Virus record (IMG/VR): IMGVR_UViG_3300037883_000122
Span: 1 to 64,000 of that record
DNA length: 64,000 nucleotides
Strand: one strand, 5' to 3'
Source of the DNA: a virus
Position 1 is the first letter of the stretch. Every line of letters starts with the position of its first letter. The notes below the pieces were generated by a model, which worked only from the letters and a program-made list of their open reading frames with translations, searched no databases and was not told the origin of the DNA. Below, piece by piece: positions 18,459 to 28,632 of this stretch. The position numbers and the translations under genes were made by a program.

Positions 18459-21311
18459 TTAGACCGGTGAAGGTGCTGCACCCATCGCTTCCGGATCTTC
18501 GTCTTCCGGGTTCAACGGCGATTCGCTACCCGAGCCTGTACCAGCACCCGTGTCAGTCCCTCCGGCTTCATCACCGAAGTCACCGAATCCACCACCTCCG
18601 AAGTCTCCCATCCCAAAGTCGTCTGTGCCGCCACCAGAGGCCGCACCAGCGCCTCCCATGTCCATCCCGCCACCCATACCACCTGCAGCGCCACCATTCG
18701 TCTGGTCGGTCTCCTTACGCTTCTGCTCGTTCAGATTCGCCGCATCCTTGATCGGCTTGATGCCGTTCATGAAGTGGTCGAGGACCTTCGTGACGTTACC
18801 GATGTGATCCTGGAACGAATCCCAGAGGTTCAGCAACGGACGGCCGTCATCATCCAGCGTCGTGAGCTCAGCGAGTTCCGGCATGACGCCATTCTCACCC
18901 AGCCACTTACGGATAAAGTGAGCCTTAGCCACTTCCTTGATGGTGCTGATGTAGTTGCTGACGTCGCCACCCACATCGGCGGTGAACCAGTTCGACGAGA
19001 TGTACGAGTCCAGTGCAGCATCGACCGTCTTGGTGTACGTGTCGAGGGCTGCCACTTGGTTCTCCAGCGTGACCGAGTTCGGCTTAGGCAAGGTGACTTC
19101 CATGCCCATCACGAAGTCGTACAGCAACTGCTGGATCACCAACTGCTTCGGCTGGCTGCCGAGGTTGGTCTTGTACGTCGGGTCGTCCTTGTGCGCTTCG
19201 TCACGTGCCTTCAGGCGTTCGATCACCTTGTCCGCATTGGCTTCGAGAATAGCACGCAGATCTCGGATGAGCTCTTCGTCATTCATCATCACCTTGCGGA
19301 TGTGGTCAGCCAGTTGCGGCTCGATCACTTCCTGAATGTTCATCACACGCTTGGAGAGCAGGATGTTGTTGGTGAGCACCGAGGTCGCAAACTCCGCCTC
19401 GAACGCTGCATCCACGGACTGAGGCGTGAGACCCAGACCCATGATCGAGCGCTTACGCAGGTCGTCATCCAGCTCATTGTCGACCTTCGCGTAGTTGGTG
19501 TTCTTCTCACCGAACTCCACCGTCATGTCAGGCAGACCAGGATGGCCTTCCGGCACGAACTCGAAGCCTGCACGCTGCACCCAATCGACGATGTCCATCG
19601 GACTATTCGTACCAACCGGGAACGCCTGTTGACGCGAGCGCAGGATTTCGTGCACCACACGCTCAAAGGTCTTCTGCGGGTCAGGATCGTGCTCGTCCAT
19701 CTTGATCTTGACTTCGGTCCGACCCATCGAGTTCTTGACTGCCGCCATCACGTTGGCAAACAAGAGCATCGAGCGCAGCGAGTTGATGATCTTCAGGTCG
19801 TCCAGCATCGACTTACCCATGCCGTCGCCGTTATAGCGCAGCGCGAAGTACGTCATGAACTCGATCGGCATGAAGAGCAGCTGCGTGTGTTGCTTAGCGA
19901 GTGCCCGTGCAAACATGATGCGGTACACTTCTTCACGCTTAGCCAACGCCACGCCGTTGCCGTAGACACCATTGCGCAGACGAGCCAACAGATCTTGCTC
20001 GATCATCTCACCGTAGACGCGTGCCGAGTAATCCAAGTGCGCGTTGTTGGTGTTATCGAACCCCTGCATGTTCGCCTTGACCTTCTGCAACATCGCAGAC
20101 GGGAACGAACCGCCGGAATTCATCCGAGCATTCAGTTGCTGGTAGTAGTCAACGTCCGCAATGCGCTGGATCGGGTGACCGTCTTCATCGATCAGGATGA
20201 AGAAGCCCACGTGCTGTTCGATGTTACCCGGCACGAACACCGGGATCACGGCTTCCGACGGCAAGTGCATGATCAGCGGGCTGCCTACAGCACGGCGATT
20301 CAACTGCTCTTGCGTCTTGAGCGTCGTGATCGGCTTGTACTGATAGTTGCGATCCCGATAAATCAGGTTCGACAACTCGCGGTCATTGATCTTCTCCTTG
20401 CGCAGGCTGCCGCCAATCTCATGCACCATGGTCGTACCGTGACCATCGGCCCCGTAGGCTTCCATAGCGCGCATGCCGCGCGAACCCATCAAATCCATGA
20501 TCCGTTGTTCACGAATCTTCTGGTTGACCTGCGGGATCTTGAGCAGCGAGTAGTTATCCGTCACCGTCGTGAAGGTTTCCTGACCCTGGCCTTCGAACGC
20601 CAGCTGCAGTCCCATCTGGGTGTCGTATGCCGTATCGAAGCGATAATCCTGCATCGATTCAAACGAGATCGACGAGCCCTTACGCTCTTCGCGCGGCTTG
20701 TTCTTGATGACCGGACCGAGCAGACCGAGCGGCTTGATCTTGCCCTCGCGATCGAAATGCTCCGTGAGTGACTCCATCGTCACCTTGCGCGGACCATTGA
20801 TCACGTCGTCGATTGCATTCTCCGGAATCACTGCAACCGGATAGCTCCCAGTCTCGAACAGAACGTCACGCAGCAGGCGAGGCAAGACCTGCTTTATTTT
20901 ATAGTTCTGTTCAAAATGGACGCGAACACGATTGGTCATTGCCGTGTTCACTTCCGGTGTGACCAAGTTCTCCGGGGCTTTATAAACCAGCTCCACAGTC
21001 ATCATGTCTTTGGGCGAAAGCACCGAGGACACGAGAATCTGTGCAGCCAGTTCCAACTCCGGAAGCGTCTGCATCACGGTCTGAGCATCAGAGATGTTCT
21101 GAACCGTATTGTCCGAAACGTTCTTCAACGCCTGGATCGACGGATTGTCCGTCGTCATGTTCCCGGTGCTGTCGTAGCGGGGAGGCGTTTTGCCGTGCAC
21201 AAGCTTGCTAACAGTGGCGGCCATGCCAGGGTCCGATCGGACCAGCGACATGGCTGAGTAGCGTTTACCACTGCCAGCCAGCGCAATGGCTTCCTTCAAC
21301 GCTTTGGACAT
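18459..21311 (-). CDS. Portal protein (phiKZ gp129-like)
   Basis: 950 aa; LPELELAAQILVSSVLSPKD, HLPSEAVIPV.PG and G.GKSML motifs; N-terminal x-x-E protease sites; acidic Gly-rich tail. Confidence 0.8.
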   Translation of the reverse strand: MSKALKEAIALAGSGKRYSAMSLVRSDPGMAATVSKLVHGKTPPRYDSTGNMTTDNPSIQALKNVSDNTVQNISDAQTVMQTLPELELAAQILVSSVLSPKDMMTVELVYKAPENLVTPEVNTAMTNRVRVHFEQNYKIKQVLPRLLRDVLFETGSYPVAVIPENAIDDVINGPRKVTMESLTEHFDREGKIKPLGLLGPVIKNKPREERKGSSISFESMQDYRFDTAYDTQMGLQLAFEGQGQETFTTVTDNYSLLKIPQVNQKIREQRIMDLMGSRGMRAMEAYGADGHGTTMVHEIGGSLRKEKINDRELSNLIYRDRNYQYKPITTLKTQEQLNRRAVGSPLIMHLPSEAVIPVFVPGNIEQHVGFFILIDEDGHPIQRIADVDYYQQLNARMNSGGSFPSAMLQKVKANMQGFDNTNNAHLDYSARVYGEMIEQDLLARLRNGVYGNGVALAKREEVYRIMFARALAKQHTQLLFMPIEFMTYFALRYNGDGMGKSMLDDLKIINSLRSMLLFANVMAAVKNSMGRTEVKIKMDEHDPDPQKTFERVVHEILRSRQQAFPVGTNSPMDIVDWVQRAGFEFVPEGHPGLPDMTVEFGEKNTNYAKVDNELDDDLRKRSIMGLGLTPQSVDAAFEAEFATSVLTNNILLSKRVMNIQEVIEPQLADHIRKVMMNDEELIRDLRAILEANADKVIERLKARDEAHKDDPTYKTNLGSQPKQLVIQQLLYDFVMGMEVTLPKPNSVTLENQVAALDTYTKTVDAALDSYISSNWFTADVGGDVSNYISTIKEVAKAHFIRKWLGENGVMPELAELTTLDDDGRPLLNLWDSFQDHIGNVTKVLDHFMNGIKPIKDAANLNEQKRKETDQTNGGAAGGMGGGMDMGGAGAASGGGTDDFGMGDFGGGGFGDFGDEAGGTDTGAGTGSGSESPLNPEDEDPEAMGAAPSPV

Positions 21312-21377
21312 TTGAACCTCAACGAATGGAGAGCCCTTTGAAACAGCGAGGGCATGTGTAATAAATAGGGGTGCCGC

Positions 21378-23672
21378 ATGGCCACGACTTCGAACCAGTA
21401 CCAGGTCTACTTGGACAGCGTACTTGCTCTGGCCCGCTACATTGTTATCAAGTCGTCGGACACGGCCGATGCGATTAACAACTATGTTAGTACTAGCCTC
21501 GGTCTACCGGTGGATTCCACCGACCCGACGAGCTGGCGCTACTATATGAATTTAGCGGGCCAGTATCATGCTGCTGACCAACCGATGTATGTCGTCTCGA
21601 TGGACACGCTGGAAACCATCGAGTTTACCGTTGCAAATCTGAAGCTGCACCGGGCGACCGCTAAGGCGTATCAGTTCGGACAGCGTGACTATCTGGCGCT
21701 GGTGGCGCAGTATCCGTTGCAGGTAACACTCATCAACGGGATCTTGAATCCCGTGGACGTGCATGCCGCAATCGCTGCCGCCGATGGACAGATCCTGACG
21801 TACCCGAGCGTGCTCGTCGAGTTTAACGAGTACAGCCTGGTGGATAAGTTGCAGCGCTGGATCTACGGCTACAAGACGCGCTGGGTCAACCGAGCTTACA
21901 CAGTCTCGGACAACATGTACGTGCCCTTCACCATGGGGATCATGTACGCGCTGTTGCCCCAGGTGATCCTGAGTCTGCGTCTGGAAGCCTGTAAGACGAA
22001 CGAGGCACACAGCTTCCACGTGCGTCAGTACCTGCTCAGTCACGGTTTGCTGGACGTGTATCTGGACCAGCTCACCACCAAACAAAGTCTCGAGCTATAT
22101 CGGAACATCAACTACCTGGAGCGTAACGCCGGGCAGTCGGAGATCTTCGATTGGCTCGTGGACCATATCATGACCGAGCGGAACCTGCCGCTGGCTAAGT
22201 ACACGATGAAGCATGACGTGTCGCAGTTGCCAGCCCAGCAGTATCCGACCATCACGTTCACACGTGACCCGGTCAACCTCGGCTACAACACGGACAACAT
22301 CAACCAGATCACTCTGGACCAGATGTTGCAGAAAGAGTGGCCGTTGGCTCGGGACAATGAAGCGTTCCAAAGCGAGTTCGAACCTGAGATTCAGGAGAAG
22401 ATGGAGAACTCGCTGTACAACAAGTTGTCGACCAAGGCGCTCGATTCGTCGATGGTCGACTACACGGGTAGCGTACGGTATCCGCTGGATGAGACGCTCA
22501 TCAATAACTGGTTGTGGTTGAGTAGTTTGGGCTACTACGCAGCAGCAATCCAGTTCACGAATCCGGCCACGGGTGAGACTGTGCCGATGTTTGTGAAGGA
22601 TGCGTTTTGTTTGGCCTGGTACGCACTCAATGCTTCAATCGGGATTACGCTAGATCAGATCCCGCCGATGTACGCCAAGCGTGTGCCGCGTCTTCCTGTG
22701 CCGAGCGTGCAGGACATGGCAGCGCTGTGTGACATGACGCTGGTCGACACCACTACGCTTCAGGAGATTCACGACCTGATGCCGGTGATTCAACCGCCGT
22801 CGACGTTTCTCTCGACCGAAGCGTTCTACGAATTGTGCGTAGACATCTACTCCGCCGCCAATGAGCAAGATGGCATGGTGTCGCTGCAAGAACACATGGA
22901 GACGCGTGGCTACGTGAAGAACGCCACGAATCTGCTGTGGAGCGATAACCTCTGTCTTGTTGCGGATGCGGGGGATAACTACACGAACTGGTTTGCTGAA
23001 CGCAACCTGGACGTGGCAGCGTGGACCGAGTCGCAATGGGGTGAGTTGTACAATCAGATTGTGGCTGCGGCTACGGGGCAAGATCTGATCACGACGCCCA
23101 GTGTTGCGAACATCCAGAAAGCGATGATCGGGATGATGCAGCAGCTCTCGAGCTACTCCATCCAGTTCATGCAGGAGATCAATAACTCGACGATTGTGCC
23201 TAGCGATTGGGCTGCGATCCGAGTCGGCGATAACCAGAATGCTCACCAGTCCAATCATGACGAAGCAACGGACCTGGGCATTCGCGCACTGGATCAACAT
23301 CCTCACTTTTACAACAGTGAGGACAATAAGGTCACGAAGTACACGCCGCTGCATGATCAGCACGTTTCGATGCATGCGCACACCAAGTGGCGCTTGCGCA
23401 AGCTCTTCCACGAGACGACGAGCAACCTCCAGCACAGCTTCTTTAATGCTGGTCGGGTGCGTTTTCGGATCGAGGACTGCAGCTGTGATCTGCCTAATCC
23501 GCTGGGTGCAGTACCAGTACCAGGTCTGTGTGACTGGCTGGGTCTGCCGCCTGCGCAGCAGCAACAGATCACTGACATTTGGGGGAGTGACTTCCAGCCG
23601 AATGTGCCAGGCGCGGTCGAACTGTCGACAGTAATCATGTTCACGGGGCTCGTGTACGTGCCTAACTCGTAA
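21378..23672 (+). CDS. Virion structural protein (baseplate-like)
   Basis: 764 aa; WRYY.NLAG.YH and T.EAHSFH motifs seen in phiKZ-like virion proteins; divergent from the portal. Confidence 0.65.
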   Translation: MATTSNQYQVYLDSVLALARYIVIKSSDTADAINNYVSTSLGLPVDSTDPTSWRYYMNLAGQYHAADQPMYVVSMDTLETIEFTVANLKLHRATAKAYQFGQRDYLALVAQYPLQVTLINGILNPVDVHAAIAAADGQILTYPSVLVEFNEYSLVDKLQRWIYGYKTRWVNRAYTVSDNMYVPFTMGIMYALLPQVILSLRLEACKTNEAHSFHVRQYLLSHGLLDVYLDQLTTKQSLELYRNINYLERNAGQSEIFDWLVDHIMTERNLPLAKYTMKHDVSQLPAQQYPTITFTRDPVNLGYNTDNINQITLDQMLQKEWPLARDNEAFQSEFEPEIQEKMENSLYNKLSTKALDSSMVDYTGSVRYPLDETLINNWLWLSSLGYYAAAIQFTNPATGETVPMFVKDAFCLAWYALNASIGITLDQIPPMYAKRVPRLPVPSVQDMAALCDMTLVDTTTLQEIHDLMPVIQPPSTFLSTEAFYELCVDIYSAANEQDGMVSLQEHMETRGYVKNATNLLWSDNLCLVADAGDNYTNWFAERNLDVAAWTESQWGELYNQIVAAATGQDLITTPSVANIQKAMIGMMQQLSSYSIQFMQEINNSTIVPSDWAAIRVGDNQNAHQSNHDEATDLGIRALDQHPHFYNSEDNKVTKYTPLHDQHVSMHAHTKWRLRKLFHETTSNLQHSFFNAGRVRFRIEDCSCDLPNPLGAVPVPGLCDWLGLPPAQQQQITDIWGSDFQPNVPGAVELSTVIMFTGLVYVPNS

Positions 23673-23717
23673 TCGCCAATAGTGTGATTAAAAACGATTT
23701 CCTTTACGGAGTATCTG

Positions 23718-24599
23718 GTGGATAACATCGTACGTACTGTGTATGGTAGCTATCTGCAATCGTGCCAGCTTTTGGGCTTGCCGTTTGCGCTGGCTGCCAA
23801 TAGCACGCTCAATGAGAAATTTGGTGTGCAAGCCGGGGTCCCGCCTAATAGCGGGGTGCTGCCCAACTGCCGATATTTCGCGATCGGCAATGGCGGCCAC
23901 AAGCTGTCGGTAACGAACGGCTTGTACATTCCTGAACCGATTCAGCACATGACGACGGATGCGGCGCTGTTCAACCATCTGCCGTTTGTGCTGCGTGAGC
24001 CGAGCAACGATCTGACAGCAACCCAGCGCGCGAACTACGCGCTGCGCGTGGCGGAAGTGCACAACGGGATCAACTACGTTGCGTACTACCTGAAACGCAT
24101 CGACTTCACCAACGTGGCTGCTTCGATGCAGTACAAGACGGTGGCGTCCGATGGTTCGGTGACGACCACGCCGTTTGTGCCGACCACGGCCAACCTCAAC
24201 CCGACGCCGCAAACGCTCTCGACCACAGGCGTGAACGTGGTGACGGGCGACTACGTGATGGCGTCGGCTCCCGTGCCCATTACGCTCACCGCAGATGACG
24301 TCGCAGAAATTTTGAACGTTGCGAATATCATCTATGGTGATCCGAATGCCGCTATCGTCTCGGAGATCGCACTGGTGTCTGGGTGCGACAAGGTGATTGC
24401 AGCAGGCGGGTCGGGTTCGACGACGTTCAACTTCAACGAAGTGATCGCTGCACAAGTCGATTCGTTCATCAATACGTTCTACGCGCTGAACTTCAGCCAA
24501 GACGGGGTGGACAACATCGTCGACTGCGGTGCGGTCGAGCCGCTCTACAAACTCGCCGCAGGGTCGGGTACGACTACGGGCATGACGACGGGCAGCTAA
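23718..24599 (+). CDS. Virion structural protein
   Basis: NSTLNEKF, YFAIGNGGH, PFVLR and YYLKRI motifs of a conserved phiKZ-like baseplate protein; GTG start with GGAG RBS. Confidence 0.7.
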   Translation: MDNIVRTVYGSYLQSCQLLGLPFALAANSTLNEKFGVQAGVPPNSGVLPNCRYFAIGNGGHKLSVTNGLYIPEPIQHMTTDAALFNHLPFVLREPSNDLTATQRANYALRVAEVHNGINYVAYYLKRIDFTNVAASMQYKTVASDGSVTTTPFVPTTANLNPTPQTLSTTGVNVVTGDYVMASAPVPITLTADDVAEILNVANIIYGDPNAAIVSEIALVSGCDKVIAAGGSGSTTFNFNEVIAAQVDSFINTFYALNFSQDGVDNIVDCGAVEPLYKLAAGSGTTTGMTTGS

Positions 24600-24601
24600 G
24601 C

Positions 24602-25183
24602 ATGTTAGTAATACCGGAAGGTGCATCCCCTGTGGGGTGCATCGCTGGTATCGATCCGGGCTCCGAGACCTTGGGTTTCGGTGCTCTGAAGGTAGACGTG
24701 GTGTCACTCGAAATCATTGAGTCCACTGCGTCTACCTTCGTCGGTTCGAAACTGGCGGACAGTGAAGGATGGTTTGGTGATGTCCACGGGGCTCGGGCAT
24801 CGCGTATTCAAGCCCATGCGGATAACCTGGTTCAGGTGTTCCGTTTTTACCAGCCCAATATGGTGGCTTCTGAATCTCCGTTTTACAGTCAATTTCGACC
24901 TCAGGCATACGGCGCATTGACAGAGACTGTCGATGCGATCCGGAGTGCCCTATGGCGCTATGACTGTTGGCTCAGCCTGTTCATGATCGATCCACCGACC
25001 GTGAAGAAGGCAGTTGGGGCGAGCTCTCATGCGAAGAAGGATGAAGTCAAGGCAGCACTGATGGCGCTACCTGATTTGAACTATAACGGACCAACGCCTA
25101 TCGAAATGCTGGATGAACACTCGGTCGATGCACTCGCAGTAGCGTACTGCCGACTGAGGATCTTACGGGAGCAGCACAGATGA
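24602..25183 (+). CDS. ruvC: RuvC-like Holliday junction resolvase
   Basis: GIDPGS, ESPF, P.TVKKAVG and HSVDALAVA match the RuvC catalytic D/E/D pattern. Confidence 0.85.
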   Translation: MLVIPEGASPVGCIAGIDPGSETLGFGALKVDVVSLEIIESTASTFVGSKLADSEGWFGDVHGARASRIQAHADNLVQVFRFYQPNMVASESPFYSQFRPQAYGALTETVDAIRSALWRYDCWLSLFMIDPPTVKKAVGASSHAKKDEVKAALMALPDLNYNGPTPIEMLDEHSVDALAVAYCRLRILREQHR

Positions 25184-25716
25184 ATCAAATCTCGCTGGAG
25201 ATAAAGGCGGCGATTGCCGCTGCAGTCCTTGTCGTCTTTGCTTTGGTTGCTTGGTTTGGCTGGCATGAGTACAAAGCTCATCTGGCGGACCAGTCCACCA
25301 TGGGGCAGCAAACGCAAGTGATTGCGGATCAGCACAACACGATCCAAACGCAGGCCTCGTCAGCGGCCGTCACCGATACCGTGGTGGCGTCTTCCGTTCA
25401 AGCCGATCAGGCTGCGCAGGCTACCTCTTCCAAGATCGACGCGTGGATCGCTACTCAGACCTCGCAGATCAACAGCAAGTACGCCAATGGTCCGACCTCG
25501 GTGGTAGCACCGACTCCGGCAAGCGGCACGGCTGTCGCTACGAAACCCGTAGCCCCTGCACCTGCCACCGTTTCGGCAGACCAAGCAGGCGATGTCGTAC
25601 CGACCGGTAAGGAAGCGGAAATCAGCGCAGTTCAGCTCACCGGTAGCTGGATGAAGTACTGTGCTGCCATCGGCGATGCGGACCCGAAGTGCGCTTCGGT
25701 GCCTCAGGCACAATAA
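25180..25716 (+). CDS. Inner-membrane protein, i-spanin-like
   Basis: N-terminal TM helix followed by a helical periplasmic region with C-terminal cysteines; directly followed by a lipoprotein gene. Confidence 0.55.
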   Translation: MNQISLEIKAAIAAAVLVVFALVAWFGWHEYKAHLADQSTMGQQTQVIADQHNTIQTQASSAAVTDTVVASSVQADQAAQATSSKIDAWIATQTSQINSKYANGPTSVVAPTPASGTAVATKPVAPAPATVSADQAGDVVPTGKEAEISAVQLTGSWMKYCAAIGDADPKCASVPQAQ

Positions 25717-25731
25717 AGCGAAGGAAAGACC

Positions 25732-26067
25732 ATGAAGAAGATTCTGATGGCGGCGGTGATCGCCACGGTGTTGGCGGGGTGTGGTGCTCAGCAATGCGTA
25801 CCGGACATCAAGAACAACTATATCGGCCCGCCTGATGCGTTGCTCACGAAAGCGCCGGTCGAAGCTCCTCCTGACCAGTCGAGCTATAACACGTTGAGCT
25901 GGAAGGATCGCAGCACCGTGTGGCAAAGTAAGTACGACTCCCAGACGGCGAACGTGGCGACAGCCAACCGGCGACTGGGCTCCCTGGAAGACTGGAAGCA
26001 GCAGAACAACGCGGTGTTTGCTACTGCGCCGCAGGGGGCGAGCAATGCTAGTGCAGCGCGTCCTTAA
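25732..26067 (+). CDS. Lipoprotein, o-spanin-like
   Basis: Signal peptide II with lipobox VLAG|C, Pro-rich PPDALLTKAPVEAPP segment and a helical tail. Confidence 0.65.
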   Translation: MKKILMAAVIATVLAGCGAQQCVPDIKNNYIGPPDALLTKAPVEAPPDQSSYNTLSWKDRSTVWQSKYDSQTANVATANRRLGSLEDWKQQNNAVFATAPQGASNASAARP

Positions 26068-26551
26068 GGGGATTAGCGACACACGAGCAGTATCGGATCA
26101 CAAGCCGGGTCGTCTTCCTCTGGATGACCTGGTGGATGAATACAACGAGAAGAGTGCTCACGTCGCCGAACTCCCCACTATCGAGCCAACCTCAACCGGC
26201 AAGGAACTGAAGGAGTCCATTGAGAAGATGGACCCGGAGGACCAAGTCTGGCTGCTGTACCGCTATCTGCAGCGCTGCGATGATCTACCCAAGGATCACG
26301 CCCCCAAGGAAGTCAAGACGCTTGATGAGGAAGAAGAAGCCGACCTCGAGCCGCGTGACTTTGCCCGGCTGAAGATCTGGTTGATCAAGGGTATTTTCCT
26401 CGTCTCAGCGGCAGTAGTGTTGATTGTTGTCGGTGCCACGGCGATGGTTGCCTGGCGTGAAGGTCACGCAACTGACAACCCTGCCATGGTCGCCCTTTGG
26501 CATACCGCTAAAGAGATCCTCGGCGTGCTTGTCGGGGGCGGTGAAGAATGA
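26045..26551 (+). CDS. Membrane protein (possibly holin-like)
   Basis: C-terminal TM segment WLIKGIFLVSAAVVLIVVGATAMVAW; adjacent to the spanin-like genes. Confidence 0.5.
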   Translation: MLVQRVLKGISDTRAVSDHKPGRLPLDDLVDEYNEKSAHVAELPTIEPTSTGKELKESIEKMDPEDQVWLLYRYLQRCDDLPKDHAPKEVKTLDEEEEADLEPRDFARLKIWLIKGIFLVSAAVVLIVVGATAMVAWREGHATDNPAMVALWHTAKEILGVLVGGGEE

Positions 26552-26575
26552 AGTAATAACGTGGAGTGAACAAAC

Positions 26576-28537
26576 ATGCGCCGTCATTTGATGCGACTGG
26601 CCCTCGAGAATGCATTCGTCGACGTGAGCAAGCCGTCACCCGAAGACGCTCTGATCATGTCGTTCCGCAAGGAGTTCGGTCATCTGTATCCGACTCCGCC
26701 TGTGGTGATCGAACACAACCCGATTGCACGGCCGTATCTGGTGATGGAAGAAGTCGCCAACGGCCAACCAGTGAAGGAAATCGAGCACACGATCTACGCC
26801 AAGGTCGTGAGCCCGTCGGAGTTGGAGCGCGCTGCTTCCAAGGAGAATCAGGAGCAGTGGGAAATCCGGGTTCCCAAGAGCGATCAGAATGCTGGTAAGG
26901 GTTCGATTCGTGTGCGCAAGACCTGGCAGAACGGTAAGGAAGAAGAAGCCACTTTCGTTCAGACGTTCAAGATTTCGATGAACGAGAATGGGGACAAGAT
27001 TGAAATCCCCATGCCGTCGAACAAGGACATGTTCACCGCCTTTAAGTTCCTGGGTGGTGCAGGCATGCGCAAGGACCGCTTCACGTTCCCGATCATCGGT
27101 ACGGACCTGAAATGGGAAGTCGACATGTTCCCGAAGGCCGACGGTAGCGGCTATCATGAATGGTGCAAGATCGACCTGGAAGTACGGGATCGCAGTCAAC
27201 CGATTCCTGAATTCCCGATCGCGTTGACCGACGTGATTCTGCCCGAAGGCTACGGTCGTCCCCAAGGCGGTAACGAAGAAGGCGCGGTGCGTGATCTGTA
27301 CGATCAGTTCTTCCTGTTGAAGAACCAGTTCCTGCAAAAGCCCTCGACGGAACCTGCGGTCGGTGCGCAGCAGCAAGAGAACGGCGGATTGAATACGTCG
27401 GAACAAGCTGCCCTGCCGAATGATCCGGGTGCAGCTGACACGAGCATGGGTAAGCCCGCGCTGGTGCAGAACAACAGCGACGAGCCGCCTGCCCAAGGCG
27501 TGAGTGAAACCCCGGCTGCACAGTCTTCATCGACGACACCGGACGAGCAACCCGAGCACGAGAAGCTTAACCAGGCACTCACCGAGGGCACACCGGAAAA
27601 CTTGAACCTGCCGCCGCAATCGGATCAAGGTCAGGGTGAAGCCGAGAACCCGACGGACGATCACGGCAACGCGATCCCTGACGAGCCGAACGGTGCTTCG
27701 CCTAACGGTGATGGTGCCACGACGCCGGAGCAAGACGCAGGTAACCAGCAAGACCCTGGTCTCGCTACCAACCCGCAGCAAGGCACCCCGGATCAAGCGG
27801 CTCAGCCCGAACAAGGCGATCAGTCCACTCCGCCTGACGAGCAACAGCAAGCGGATGCCTCGCAGCCTTCGAACGACGACTCGGTAGATGCAACGGGTCC
27901 GGCTGAGAACGAAACGGGCGAGAACGACGAATCCGAAGCTGAGCAGGAAATCGAAGCGAACCAACAGCAGCAAGAAGCCCAGCAGAAACAGACGCTGGAC
28001 CAAACGCAGCTGAAGGTCGACCAGATTCAGAAGGAAAAGCAAGCCGAAGCCCTCAGCCAAGGTAAGCCTGATCCGACTGAAGGTGGTAAGGTGCCGGTGG
28101 ACCTGCTCGATAACCCACAAGGTGATCCGTCTGTCGCGCCGGAGCCGGGTTCGGAAGATCAGTCGACAGACGCCGGTGAAGAAACCACCAATGGCGGTGA
28201 CTCCACCGGTGCAACGGACGGAACCAATCCGGATGACAACGCTGCAGGCACGGGCGATGGTCTCGGTGGTGATCTGGCAGACGGTGCAGGTACCACGGGT
28301 ACTGACGACGGCATGGGCGATGGTCAATTGCCTGATACGACAGCTGATGGTGAGGCTGGTGTCACGGGTGGTGATCAAGCACAAGCCGAAGGCGCTAATG
28401 CCGAAGGGACGGACAACGCTGAAGTGAATGGTGAAGATGCAGCAACAGCCGCCGCTCCTGAAAAGGCTGCGCCGGACGAGTTGCCAGCTGAGAACCAGGA
28501 CCAGCGTCCGAAGAAAGACGAGCAACAGCAGCAGTAA
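26576..28537 (+). CDS. CYTH/triphosphate-tunnel domain protein with long acidic disordered tail
   Basis: KEIEH, SIRVRK, RKDRF, WEVDMF and KIDLEV match the CYTH pattern; about 390 aa D/E/Q/G/P-rich C-terminus. Confidence 0.7.
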   Translation: MRRHLMRLALENAFVDVSKPSPEDALIMSFRKEFGHLYPTPPVVIEHNPIARPYLVMEEVANGQPVKEIEHTIYAKVVSPSELERAASKENQEQWEIRVPKSDQNAGKGSIRVRKTWQNGKEEEATFVQTFKISMNENGDKIEIPMPSNKDMFTAFKFLGGAGMRKDRFTFPIIGTDLKWEVDMFPKADGSGYHEWCKIDLEVRDRSQPIPEFPIALTDVILPEGYGRPQGGNEEGAVRDLYDQFFLLKNQFLQKPSTEPAVGAQQQENGGLNTSEQAALPNDPGAADTSMGKPALVQNNSDEPPAQGVSETPAAQSSSTTPDEQPEHEKLNQALTEGTPENLNLPPQSDQGQGEAENPTDDHGNAIPDEPNGASPNGDGATTPEQDAGNQQDPGLATNPQQGTPDQAAQPEQGDQSTPPDEQQQADASQPSNDDSVDATGPAENETGENDESEAEQEIEANQQQQEAQQKQTLDQTQLKVDQIQKEKQAEALSQGKPDPTEGGKVPVDLLDNPQGDPSVAPEPGSEDQSTDAGEETTNGGDSTGATDGTNPDDNAAGTGDGLGGDLADGAGTTGTDDGMGDGQLPDTTADGEAGVTGGDQAQAEGANAEGTDNAEVNGEDAATAAAPEKAAPDELPAENQDQRPKKDEQQQQ

Positions 28538-28569
28538 CGCGTTTAGAGCCTCTGTAGCGGCCTCGTAGA

Positions 28570-28629
28570 ACGGCATAGGGCCCTTTCCCTACCCCTCGGA
28601 AACGAAGGGCGGGAAAGGCCTCTATGACG
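28570..28629. terminator. Bidirectional hairpin with CATA/TATG feet
   Basis: ACGGCATAG-GGCCCTTTCCC...GGGAAAGGCC-TCTATGACG between convergent genes. Confidence 0.7.
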
Positions 28630-28632
28630 CTT

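Noticed and set aside
27370-28537. Repetitive-looking DNA in the acidic tail of the CYTH protein
   Set aside because: Low-complexity coding sequence with no exact repeat unit or spacer structure; not a CRISPR array or VNTR.
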